Source: Candidatus Poriferihabitaceae bacterium (GTDB lineage Bacteria; Pseudomonadota; Gammaproteobacteria; Arenicellales; Poriferihabitantaceae). From it: a DNA stretch of 64,000 nucleotides. Positions 52,298 through 61,054 of the stretch are shown here, piece after piece; within the stretch, counting starts at the first letter, position 1; the number at the start of each line of letters is the position of its first letter. A model generated the notes under the pieces. The model was not told where the DNA came from. It searched no databases and saw only the letters and a program-made list of their open reading frames with translations. Position numbers and translations under genes: made by a program. The DNA lies in NCBI GenBank assembly GCA_965214205.1, contig OZ243941.1, positions 736,154-800,153 of the forward strand, in the 5' to 3' direction.

Positions 52298-53671
52298 TTA
52301 TTTATTTGAGCCACCCCAAAGCCAGGACCAAATGACTTTCTTTTCGGTATGCCCGCGTTTTTCGAGAGGGATGTAGGGGCGTTTCAGTTTGCCCTGATAG
52401 AGTTGGCGGGGTCGACCGATTTTCTGCTCATCATCTACCAGCATTTCCTTCCAGTGTGAGATCCAGCCTACTGTCCGGCCTATGGCGAACATAACGGTAA
52501 ACATTGAGGTCGGGAATCCCATCGCCTTCATGATGATGCCTGAATAAAAATCCACGTTGGGATACAGTTTCTTTTCGATGAAATAATCGTCCTTCAGCGC
52601 TATTTCCTCGAGTTTCATCGCCAGTTCCAGTTTCGGATCATGGATGCCGAACTCTTTAAGAACCTCATGACAGGTCTGGCGCATGACCGTTGCTCTGGGG
52701 TCGTAGTTTTTATAGACACGATGCCCGAAGCCCATCAAGCGGAAACTGTCGGTTTTGTCCTGCGCCTTCTTGATGTATTTGTCGATTTGATCGACGCTGC
52801 CAATTTCATCCAGCATTTTCAATACGGCTTCGTTGGCGCCGCCATGCGCCGGCCCCCATAATGACGCGATTCCAGAGGCGATGCAGGCATAAGGATTGGC
52901 GCCTGAAGAACCCGCCAGGCGCACCGTTGAGGTGGATGCGTTCTGTTCATGGTCGGCGTGCAGAATCAGTATCCGGTCAATCGCTCGTGCCAGAACCGGA
53001 TTGATCTTGTAGTCTTCCGCCGGGTTGGAAAACATCATTTGCAGCAGGTTTTCGGAATAACTGAGCGAGTTGCGCGGCATCGGGAACGGCAGCCCCAGGG
53101 AGTACTTGTAGGCATAGGCGCCAATGGTCGGCATTTTCGCGATCAGACGGTGAGCCGCCGTTCTGCGTTGTTCGACATCGGTAATATCCGTACTGTCGTG
53201 ATAAAAAGCGGACAGAGCGCCGACCACTCCGACCATGATCGCCATCGGATGGGCGCTGCGCATGAAGCCGGAATAGAATTTCGCCAGTTGCTGGTGGATC
53301 AGGGTATGGTGCCTGATTTCGCTGTCGAATTCGCCTTTTTGTTCCGGAGTCGGCAGTTCGCCATACAGCAGGAGGTAACAGGTCTCCATGAAATCGCTCT
53401 TTTTCGCCAGCTCGTCAATGCTGTAGCCGCGATGCAGCAGGATGCCCTTGTCGCCGTTGATATAGGTGATATCCGATTTACAGGATGCGGTGGAGGTGAA
53501 TCCCGGATCATAGGTGAGGACGCCGGTATCACCGTACAGCGTCTTGATATCAACCAGCCGATTGCCGGTTGCCCCTGTGCGCGCTGGCAACCGCCAGGAT
53601 TGTCCTGTGCTGTTGTCAGTCAGGGTGAACGAGTCCATTTCCTGGTCTGTCGGTTGTTCTACTTTATTCAT
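52298..53671 (-). CDS. gltA: citrate synthase (type II, hexameric type)
   Basis: [24 protein letters not shown] and GPAHGGANE motifs. Confidence 0.95.
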   Translation of the reverse strand: MNKVEQPTDQEMDSFTLTDNSTGQSWRLPARTGATGNRLVDIKTLYGDTGVLTYDPGFTSTASCKSDITYINGDKGILLHRGYSIDELAKKSDFMETCYLLLYGELPTPEQKGEFDSEIRHHTLIHQQLAKFYSGFMRSAHPMAIMVGVVGALSAFYHDSTDITDVEQRRTAAHRLIAKMPTIGAYAYKYSLGLPFPMPRNSLSYSENLLQMMFSNPAEDYKINPVLARAIDRILILHADHEQNASTSTVRLAGSSGANPYACIASGIASLWGPAHGGANEAVLKMLDEIGSVDQIDKYIKKAQDKTDSFRLMGFGHRVYKNYDPRATVMRQTCHEVLKEFGIHDPKLELAMKLEEIALKDDYFIEKKLYPNVDFYSGIIMKAMGFPTSMFTVMFAIGRTVGWISHWKEMLVDDEQKIGRPRQLYQGKLKRPYIPLEKRGHTEKKVIWSWLWGGSNK

Positions 53672-53858
53672 TACGATATCTTTACCACAAAAAGGTTTTC
53701 GCTGATTCGCGTGCTGTATACGATAATCTAATTTGGCTGCAATGACAAATCCGTTTGCCTTGTAAAGCCCAGGGCAACATCGGACTTGTTGAAAGGTTCC
53801 CTTAATGGTATCTTACCTTACAGAAACAACAAGACAATAATTATCCGGGAGGAGCGAA

Positions 53859-54332
53859 ATGCTACGATCACTGAGTATAGACCCTGAAAAATGCACTGGT
53901 TGTCTGCAGTGCGAAATGGCTTGTTCTTATGAGAACGAAGGGGTGTTTAATCCGGCCAAATCCCGGATAAAGGTTTTTACCTTCCATGACGAAGGCCGGT
54001 TCGTGCCTTATACCTGCACCCAGTGCGATGAAGCCTGGTGCCTGCACGCCTGCCCGGTTGAGGCGATTACCATGGACCGGGAGACCGGGGCGATGATCGT
54101 CAGCGATTCGGTCTGTGTGGGCTGCAAGGTTTGTACCATCGCCTGTCCGTTCGGAACGGTGAACTACAATCAGGATACCGGCAAGGTCATCAAGTGCGAT
54201 CTTTGCGGCGGCGATCCCAAATGCGCCAGCGCCTGCCCGACCGCCGCCATCACTTACGTGGACGCGGATGCCACCGGACTTGAGAAAATGAGGGCGTGGG
54301 CGGCAAAGACAGACAATGCGGCCGTAAACTAG
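53859..54332 (+). CDS. 4x[4Fe-4S] ferredoxin-like electron-transfer subunit (AorA-like)
   Basis: Four Cys clusters: CTGCLQCEMAC, CTQCDEAWCLHAC, CVGCKVCTIAC, CDLCGGDPKCASAC. A strong SD (GGGAGGAG) is present. Confidence 0.85.
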   Translation: MLRSLSIDPEKCTGCLQCEMACSYENEGVFNPAKSRIKVFTFHDEGRFVPYTCTQCDEAWCLHACPVEAITMDRETGAMIVSDSVCVGCKVCTIACPFGTVNYNQDTGKVIKCDLCGGDPKCASACPTAAITYVDADATGLEKMRAWAAKTDNAAVN

Positions 54333-54344
54333 GGGGATAAGACA

Positions 54345-56201
54345 ATGAGTTGGACCGGAAAAATACTGCGGGTCAATTTAACCCGGGGTGAAGTGAATGA
54401 AGAAGCGCTCAATATGGAATGGGCGGCAGACTATGTCGGACAGCGTGGGTTGGCCACCCGCTATCTGGTTGAGGAGACGGACCCGCGCTGTGACGCTCTC
54501 GGCCCGGATAACAAGCTGATTTTTGCCACCGGCCCCCTGACCGGGACGGCGGTATCCACCGGCGGACGTTATTCGGTCATCACCAAAAGTCCGTTGACCG
54601 GTGCGGTGGCCTGTTCCAATTCCGGCGGATTCATCGGCGCGGAATTGAAAATGGCCGGCTGGGACATGATTATATTCGAAGGCAGGGCTGAGTCGCCTGT
54701 CACCCTGAATATCGTCAATGAAAAGGCGGAACTGTTGCCAGCCGACGACCTGTGGGGTAAATCCGTCTGGGAGACGGACAAGCTGCTTCATGCAAAACAC
54801 GGGGATCCCCAGATGCGGGTCGCCGCGGTGGGACGGTCGGCGGAAGCGGGATGTCTGTATTCCGCGGTGATCAATGATCTGCACCGCGCCGCGGGGCGTT
54901 CCGGGGTAGGCACCGTCATGGCCTCGAAAAACCTCAAGGCTGTCACCGTGCGCGGCAGCCGCGGGATTGGCAATATCAAGGACCCGATGCGATTCATGCA
55001 AAGTGTTGCCGAACAAAAGCAGGTGCTGGCCGAAAACGCGGTGACCGGGCAGGGCCTGCCGGCAATGGGCACTCAGGTGCTGATGAATGTAATCAATGAA
55101 ATCGGGGCGCTGCCGGCGAACAATATGCGCGATGTGCAGTTTGAACACGCCAATGATATTTCAGCGGAAGCGATGGCGAAGCCGCGCAACAGCGATGGCA
55201 AGCCGAATCTGACGACCAACGCCGCCTGCTTTGGATGCACCATAGCGTGTGGACGGATCTCAACCATCGACAAGGGCCATTTCTCGGTTGAGAACAAACC
55301 CGAGTACTGGGGAAATTCAGGCGGACTCGAATATGAGGCGGCCTGGGCGCTCGGCGCTGACACCGGCGTTGGCGACCTGGACGCGCTGACCTACGCCAAT
55401 TTTATCTGTAACGAAGACGGTATGGATCCGATTTCCTTTGGCGCCACGGTGGCCGCCGCTATGGAACTGTTCGATATGGGGGTCATCACCACCGAACATA
55501 CCGGCGGCATGGAACTCAACTTCGGGTCGGCGGAAGCGTTGACCTGGTGCGTGGATCAGGTCGCGACCGGCCAGGGTTTCGGCAAGGAGCTCGGGATGGG
55601 ATCAAAGAGACTGTGCGAAAAGTACGGTCATCCGGAGTTGTCGATGACGGTCAAGGGTCAGGAGTTCCCGGCTTACGACCCGCGCGGGATCCAGGGCATG
55701 GGGCTGACCTATGCGACTTCCAATCGCGGCGCCTGCCATTTACGCAGTTATACCGTAGCGTCCGAGGTGTTGGGCATTCCGGAGAAAACCGACCCGCTGG
55801 TTACTGAAGGCAAGGCCGGGCTGGTCAAAGCGTTCCAGGACGCGACCGCGGTGGTGGATTCGATGGGGTTGTGTGTATTTACCACCTTTGCCTGGTCACT
55901 GGACAACATGGCTCCGCAAATTGACGCGGCCTGCGAGGGCGACTGGTCGGTGGAGCGTCTGCTTGAAGCCGGTGAACGCATCTGGAACCTGGAGCGAGAC
56001 TACAATATCAAGGCCGGATTGACCGGGAAGGATGACACGCTACCGCCCAGATTACTCAAGGAGGTGGCCAAAACCGGGCCTGCGGAAGGCAAGGTATGCG
56101 GTCTCGATGAAATGTTGCCGGAATATTATTCACTGCGCGGTTGGACCCCGGAAGGTGAGTTGACTGACGAAGTGCGTGAGAAGTTCGCGCTGCCCGCATG
56201 A
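54345..56201 (+). CDS. aldehyde:ferredoxin oxidoreductase family catalytic subunit (AorB-like, tungsto/molybdopterin)
   Basis: 618 aa. N-terminal GKILRVNLT...GGRGL-type block, CFGCTIACGR Fe-S motif, SNRGACHLRS pterin-binding block. Confidence 0.9.
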   Translation: MSWTGKILRVNLTRGEVNEEALNMEWAADYVGQRGLATRYLVEETDPRCDALGPDNKLIFATGPLTGTAVSTGGRYSVITKSPLTGAVACSNSGGFIGAELKMAGWDMIIFEGRAESPVTLNIVNEKAELLPADDLWGKSVWETDKLLHAKHGDPQMRVAAVGRSAEAGCLYSAVINDLHRAAGRSGVGTVMASKNLKAVTVRGSRGIGNIKDPMRFMQSVAEQKQVLAENAVTGQGLPAMGTQVLMNVINEIGALPANNMRDVQFEHANDISAEAMAKPRNSDGKPNLTTNAACFGCTIACGRISTIDKGHFSVENKPEYWGNSGGLEYEAAWALGADTGVGDLDALTYANFICNEDGMDPISFGATVAAAMELFDMGVITTEHTGGMELNFGSAEALTWCVDQVATGQGFGKELGMGSKRLCEKYGHPELSMTVKGQEFPAYDPRGIQGMGLTYATSNRGACHLRSYTVASEVLGIPEKTDPLVTEGKAGLVKAFQDATAVVDSMGLCVFTTFAWSLDNMAPQIDAACEGDWSVERLLEAGERIWNLERDYNIKAGLTGKDDTLPPRLLKEVAKTGPAEGKVCGLDEMLPEYYSLRGWTPEGELTDEVREKFALPA

Positions 56202-57442
56202 ACCACGTCATCATTGGCGCCGGCCCTGCGGGGGTGGTGGCGGCTGAGACGTTGCACAAACGGGATCCGTCCGCGCGCATCACCATCATTGGCGATGAGC
56301 CGGAGCCGCCCTATTCCCGAATGGCGATTCCCTATCTGCTGATAGAAAACATTGATGAGTCCGGCACGTACCTGAGAAAACAGGAGGATCATTTCAGCGG
56401 GCGGGGAATTGAGGTCATGGTTGACAGGGTCGAATCCGTGGATACCGTGGGGAAGACGATGGCGCTCGCGAACGGAGGCCGCCGGGATTATGACAGGCTG
56501 CTGGTCGCGTCCGGGTCGCGCCCGATTATCCCGCCGATTCCGGGCATTGATCACGATCGGGTTACAAGCTGCTGGACGCTGGCGGACGCCAGAAAGATAT
56601 CCAGCACAATCAGGCCGGGCGCTTCCGTTGTATTGATCGGCGCCGGTTTTATCGGTTGTATCATTCTGGAGGCGCTGGTTTCATCCGGCGCGAAGCTGAC
56701 GGTGATCGAGATGGGGAACCGGATGGTGCCTAGAATGCTGGACCAGACCTGCGGTACATTGCTGGAGAGATGGTGCGCCGAAAAAGGGGTCAACGTGATG
56801 ACCGGTTCCCAGGTGGAAGCCATCGAGTCTTCCGGCGACCATGTCCGGGTCCAGGTCAGCGGAGGCCGCGAGGTGGAGGCTGAGCTGGTGATTTCCGCTA
56901 CCGGCGTACAGGGCAATGCCGGTTTCCTGGCGGACTCCGGTATCGACATGTCCAATGGGGCGATTGTCGTGGATGACTGCATGCGTTCATCCATCGAGGA
57001 TATTTACGCGGCTGGGGATGTGGCCTGCGGACGGGATTTTTCTACCGGCGAATACAGTGTGCAGGCGATCCAGCCGACTGCGGTTGAGCATGGCTATACG
57101 GCCGCCGCCAACATGGTCAAATATGGTTCCATCCATCATCGCGGCAGCGTGTTGATGAATGTGCTGGACACCATCGGCCTGATATCCACCTCCTACGGTC
57201 AATGGGAAGGAGTCGATGGTGGCGACACTGCGACACTGGTCGATGAAGAAAATTTTCGTTATGTCCAGCTTCAGTTTGAAGAGGATCGCCTGATCGGCGC
57301 CAATACACTTGGGATGACCCAGCATGTTGGAGTGATCCGGGGGTTGGTGCAGGGACGATTCCCTTTGGGGAAATGGAAGGACCGGTTGATGGATAACCCG
57401 TTGATGGTCATGGAAGCCTGGCTGGCCGTGAGCCAGGGGTAG
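56198..57442 (+). CDS. FAD-dependent pyridine nucleotide-disulfide oxidoreductase (AorC-like)
   Basis: VIIGAGPAGVVAA and VLIGAGFIGC dinucleotide folds plus YAAGDVA motif. Overlaps the AOR stop by 4 nt. Confidence 0.85.
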   Translation: MNHVIIGAGPAGVVAAETLHKRDPSARITIIGDEPEPPYSRMAIPYLLIENIDESGTYLRKQEDHFSGRGIEVMVDRVESVDTVGKTMALANGGRRDYDRLLVASGSRPIIPPIPGIDHDRVTSCWTLADARKISSTIRPGASVVLIGAGFIGCIILEALVSSGAKLTVIEMGNRMVPRMLDQTCGTLLERWCAEKGVNVMTGSQVEAIESSGDHVRVQVSGGREVEAELVISATGVQGNAGFLADSGIDMSNGAIVVDDCMRSSIEDIYAAGDVACGRDFSTGEYSVQAIQPTAVEHGYTAAANMVKYGSIHHRGSVLMNVLDTIGLISTSYGQWEGVDGGDTATLVDEENFRYVQLQFEEDRLIGANTLGMTQHVGVIRGLVQGRFPLGKWKDRLMDNPLMVMEAWLAVSQG

Positions 57443-57498
57443 GTCAGGTTTTCGATACTGCGAGGGGCCTGATTCTTCGGGGAACCTGGCCAGAGGCA

Positions 57499-57753
57499 TT
57501 GCAGATGCAAGTCCACTTCAAGCTGTTCGCAACCCTGTCAGGATATTTGCCGGCAAACGCGGTAAAGAACGAGGCGGTTCTGGAAGTGGCGGACAACACG
57601 ACCCCGAATCAGTTGATTGACCAGCATTTTGTGCCCCGCCGCGAGGTTCATCTGGTATTGTTGAACGGGGTGTACCTGAATGAGGCTGACCGGGATATTC
57701 CGTTGAAGCCCGATGATACCGTGGCCGTATGGCCTCCGGTAGCCGGGGGATGA
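57499..57753 (+). CDS. MoaD/ThiS-family sulfur-carrier protein (paralogue 1)
   Basis: 84 aa ending ...DDTVAVWPPVAGG. Confidence 0.75.
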   Translation: MQMQVHFKLFATLSGYLPANAVKNEAVLEVADNTTPNQLIDQHFVPRREVHLVLLNGVYLNEADRDIPLKPDDTVAVWPPVAGG

Positions 57754-58067
57754 ACAAGGCCGGAGTCTCCGATTACTCCGCGCAGATGGGCTTTACCCAT
57801 CGCGAACTGATAAAAAGTCTGGCCTCCGCGGTCGCGCCCTACCGGGTTTCGACGGATCAGGCCGCAGGCCAGGATGAACGCAGATTCAATATTACGCTGG
57901 ACGATAGAACGGCGCGTCTGATCATCGGGGCGGAAAAAATCCGCCGCATCGCTTCACTGAAATTACCGGTTGTGGATGTTAGAATTGAGTTCGAACACTT
58001 TTCACAGGCCGAGCGCAATGAATTTCTCGACAGATTTAAAAAGTACCTCCATCGCGGCGGCGGGTAG
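57750..58067 (+). CDS. hypothetical protein (105 aa) ending HRGGG
   Basis: The ATG overlaps the MoaD-1 stop (ATGA). No family recognised. It lies between two MoaD paralogues. Confidence 0.55.
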   Translation: MNKAGVSDYSAQMGFTHRELIKSLASAVAPYRVSTDQAAGQDERRFNITLDDRTARLIIGAEKIRRIASLKLPVVDVRIEFEHFSQAERNEFLDRFKKYLHRGGG

Positions 58068-58090
58068 AGGGTTCACCGGGGCAGGATAAA

Positions 58091-58339
58091 ATGAAAGTCA
58101 CGGTCAAATTTTTCTCCAATCTGATGGAATATCTGCCCAAAAACATCGAGGGAAACGCCATCCAGTTGGATGAGTCCAGTTCGGTTACGCCGAATCAGGT
58201 CCTGAAACGGTTTAATGTGCCGGACGCGGAGGTGCGAACAATGATGCGAAATGGCGTGTTTCTTCCTGAAGGGAAGCGGGATGAAAAACTGGAAGAAGGC
58301 GACGTGTTGACGGTCTGGCCCGCGATTCAGGGAGGTTAG
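58091..58339 (+). CDS. MoaD/ThiS-family sulfur-carrier protein (paralogue 2)
   Basis: 82 aa ending ...GDVLTVWPAIQGG. Confidence 0.75.
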   Translation: MKVTVKFFSNLMEYLPKNIEGNAIQLDESSSVTPNQVLKRFNVPDAEVRTMMRNGVFLPEGKRDEKLEEGDVLTVWPAIQGG

Positions 58340-58344
58340 CCGCC

Positions 58345-59370
58345 GTGCCCAAAGACAAACTCCGGCGGTCGTTGCACGATTTACGCATATCGGTTACGGA
58401 CCGGTGCAATTTTCGTTGTGGTTACTGCATGCCGAAAGATGTTTTTGGCAAGGGCTACCCATTCTTGAAATCGAGTACCCTGTTAAGCTATGAGGAAATC
58501 GAAAGACTGGTCCGGATATTTGCCAGTCTGGGTGTCGAGAAGATCCGGCTGACCGGCGGGGAGCCTTTGTTGAGAAAGGACCTGGAGACGCTGATTGAAA
58601 AGATTCACAAGGTGGATGGAATCAGGGACATTGCGATTACGACCAACGCTTCTCTGTTGAGCGGCGCGCGGGCGCGGGCGCTCAGGGAGGCTGGAGTAAA
58701 ACGGATCAACATCAGCCTGGACGCGCTGACGCCGGAAATCTACCAGCGCATCAATCAGGTTTCCTTCCCGATGGAAGACGTGTTGCAGGGAGTGGACAAT
58801 GCGGTTACCGCCGGTTTTGATACGGTCAAGGTGAATATGGTGGTGCAAAAGGAGATCAACGTCCCCGACATATTGCCGATGGTCGAGTATTTTAAGGGCA
58901 CCGGCGTGATTTTACGATTTATCGAATTCATGGACGTGGGGAATCATAATCAATGGCGACGTGACCTTGTTTTTGGCGCCAATGAAATTATTGACTTGGT
59001 TCAGTCCAAGTATCCGATTGAACCGATAGACCTGAATTCCAGATCTGAAGTTGCCAAGCGATGGCGGTTTGCCGATGGTTCGGGTGAGATTGGCGTTATT
59101 TCTTCAATCACCCAGCCTTTTTGCGCTCACTGTGTCAGGGCCAGGCTTTCCGCCATTGGCGAGTTGTTCACCTGTCTGTTCGCGACCTCCGGCGTCAATT
59201 TGAAAGGATTGCTCGAAGCGCACGATTCAGACTCCGTAATCCGGCAGCGAATCGAGGCGATCTGGTTGAACCGGGATGACCAGTATTCGATGCGAAGGAG
59301 TCGATCGACATCCATCGCCCCGGCGCACAGTCACTCCCAAAAGGTGGAAATGTCGTATATCGGCGGTTGA
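58345..59370 (+). CDS. moaA: GTP 3',8-cyclase MoaA (radical SAM)
   Basis: LRISVTDRCNFRCGYCMP radical-SAM cluster, C-terminal CAHCVRARL cluster, terminal GG. Confidence 0.9.
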   Translation: MPKDKLRRSLHDLRISVTDRCNFRCGYCMPKDVFGKGYPFLKSSTLLSYEEIERLVRIFASLGVEKIRLTGGEPLLRKDLETLIEKIHKVDGIRDIAITTNASLLSGARARALREAGVKRINISLDALTPEIYQRINQVSFPMEDVLQGVDNAVTAGFDTVKVNMVVQKEINVPDILPMVEYFKGTGVILRFIEFMDVGNHNQWRRDLVFGANEIIDLVQSKYPIEPIDLNSRSEVAKRWRFADGSGEIGVISSITQPFCAHCVRARLSAIGELFTCLFATSGVNLKGLLEAHDSDSVIRQRIEAIWLNRDDQYSMRRSRSTSIAPAHSHSQKVEMSYIGG

Positions 59371-59427
59371 TCGGGGTCGCCTTCCGTGGCGCCGTGAATC
59401 CGGGTGTACCCGGTGACAACCGGAGAT

Positions 59428-59847
59428 TTATTTCAACGGCAGCAGGTGGGTGCGGTCGTGACCGTACTCCTCGCTGTCGTGGTCATGGGTCAGAAAAGCT
59501 TCCCAGGGCTCTCCGGCGGCTCCCCGGACCCAGGCTTTGTCCGATCTGGCGTAGCAGCATGTCGTGCTTTCCGGCTCTAGCCAGGGGTTCCCGGATTGCC
59601 GGATTCTCTCGACCAGAGTGGCCAGTTGATCCCGGTCATCGGCCTCAATGCCGATATGGTCGAAGCCGATATGATCGGAGTTTGTCGCACAGCAATTTGA
59701 CTCGATGACGAAATTGACCGAAGGATCGTCCATATCCCACTTGGCATAGTTGTCGCGAACGATATCGGCCGGTTTGCCGAACAGGGAGGAATAGAAGGCA
59801 ATGGATTTGTCCATATCCTCTACATTCATGGAAATGTGCAGTTTCAT
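59428..59847 (-). CDS. VOC/glyoxalase-fold protein of the ArsI/CadI type
   Basis: MKLHISMNVEDMDKSIAFYSSLFG VOC N-terminus and vicinal cysteines in TTCCYARSDKAWV. Start chosen at the internal ATG at 59847. Confidence 0.65.
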   Translation of the reverse strand: MKLHISMNVEDMDKSIAFYSSLFGKPADIVRDNYAKWDMDDPSVNFVIESNCCATNSDHIGFDHIGIEADDRDQLATLVERIRQSGNPWLEPESTTCCYARSDKAWVRGAAGEPWEAFLTHDHDSEEYGHDRTHLLPLK

Positions 59848-60017
59848 GGTTTTTCCGGTTTGATGTTTCGGGTTAATCAGGGATTCCGTATAATGACAAA
59901 TCATATCCAAATGTTACTCATCATACCAGCCGGACCGACCCGCGACCCCCTCAGCCTGCATGGCCGAAGGGGCCAGGCGAATCGGAGGCCGGGTGGCTTA
60001 CCTGGGAAAATGACAAC

Positions 60018-60998
60018 ATGAAAGCAATTTTGTTGAAGGACTTCGGCGGTCCGGAAATGATGGAGTGGGGCGATGCCGATATGCCCGTTCCGGGGGAGAA
60101 CCAGATCCTGATCCGGGTTGCGGCCACCTCGGTCAATCGACCGGATATCATCCAGCGCCAAGGACATTACCCGCCGCCTAAAGGGGATTCGGATATCCTC
60201 GGCCTCGAAGTCGCCGGAACGGTGGAGGCAACCGGCGCGGGCGTCACCCGGTGGAAAACCGGTGACCGGGTGATGGCGCTGATCGGCGGCGGCGGCTATG
60301 CTGAGTTTGCCACGGCCTGGGCCGACCATGCCATGCCGATACCGGAAAACATGGATTTCGCCCAGGCGGCCTGTGTCTGTGAAATCGGGTTGACCGCATA
60401 CCTCAACATTTTCATGATCGGCGGTCTCGGCAATCATCAGTCGGTATTGCTGCACGGCGGCGGCGGCGGAGTGAATACCGCTGCGATTCAACTTTGCCGG
60501 ACTCTGACGCCGGATACGGACATTATCGTAACCGCGTCCACCGGAAAGGTTGAAAGAGTGAAGGAGCTCGGCGCTCACTGTGTGATTGACTACAAAACCG
60601 AATCATTTGCTGACAAGGTTCGCGAGCGCACCGGGAAGCGGGGAGTGAATGTCATTCTGGATCATATTGGGGGCCCCTATCTGGCAGCCAACATGAAATC
60701 CTTGAGCGTCGGCGGGACGCTGATGCTGATCGGCGTACTCGGCGGTGTACAGGCCGAGGTTAATCTGGCTCTGATGATGGTCAAGCGGCAAAGAATCATC
60801 GGCTCTGTATTGCGTTCCCGGCCAATAGCTGAAAAAGCCGCGATCATTGCCGAGTTCGAGAACACGGTGCTGTCGATGATGGCCGATGGCAAAATCATGC
60901 CGCTTGTGTCCGATGTCTACCCGTTGCGGGAGGCTGCCGAGGCGCATCGCGTCATGGAGGCCAGCCGTCATTTTGGAAAAATTGTCCTTTTGGTTTAG
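60018..60998 (+). CDS. NAD(P)H:quinone oxidoreductase (zeta-crystallin/PIG3-type MDR)
   Basis: GLEVAGTVEATG, GDRVMAL and LLHGGGGGVNTAAIQL nucleotide-binding motif. Confidence 0.85.
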   Translation: MKAILLKDFGGPEMMEWGDADMPVPGENQILIRVAATSVNRPDIIQRQGHYPPPKGDSDILGLEVAGTVEATGAGVTRWKTGDRVMALIGGGGYAEFATAWADHAMPIPENMDFAQAACVCEIGLTAYLNIFMIGGLGNHQSVLLHGGGGGVNTAAIQLCRTLTPDTDIIVTASTGKVERVKELGAHCVIDYKTESFADKVRERTGKRGVNVILDHIGGPYLAANMKSLSVGGTLMLIGVLGGVQAEVNLALMMVKRQRIIGSVLRSRPIAEKAAIIAEFENTVLSMMADGKIMPLVSDVYPLREAAEAHRVMEASRHFGKIVLLV

Positions 60999-61054
60999 TA
61001 TTGACGAATAACCGAACCCGATTCGGCATTACGTTACCTGTACCGGGAATTGAA

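Noticed and set aside
53672-53858. A Moco/Wco riboswitch or a sigma-54 promoter in front of the aor cluster.
   Set aside because: I could not find the conserved Moco-motif helices. TGGCTGCAATGAC does not have the GG-N10-GC spacing of a -24/-12 promoter. There is nothing I can support.
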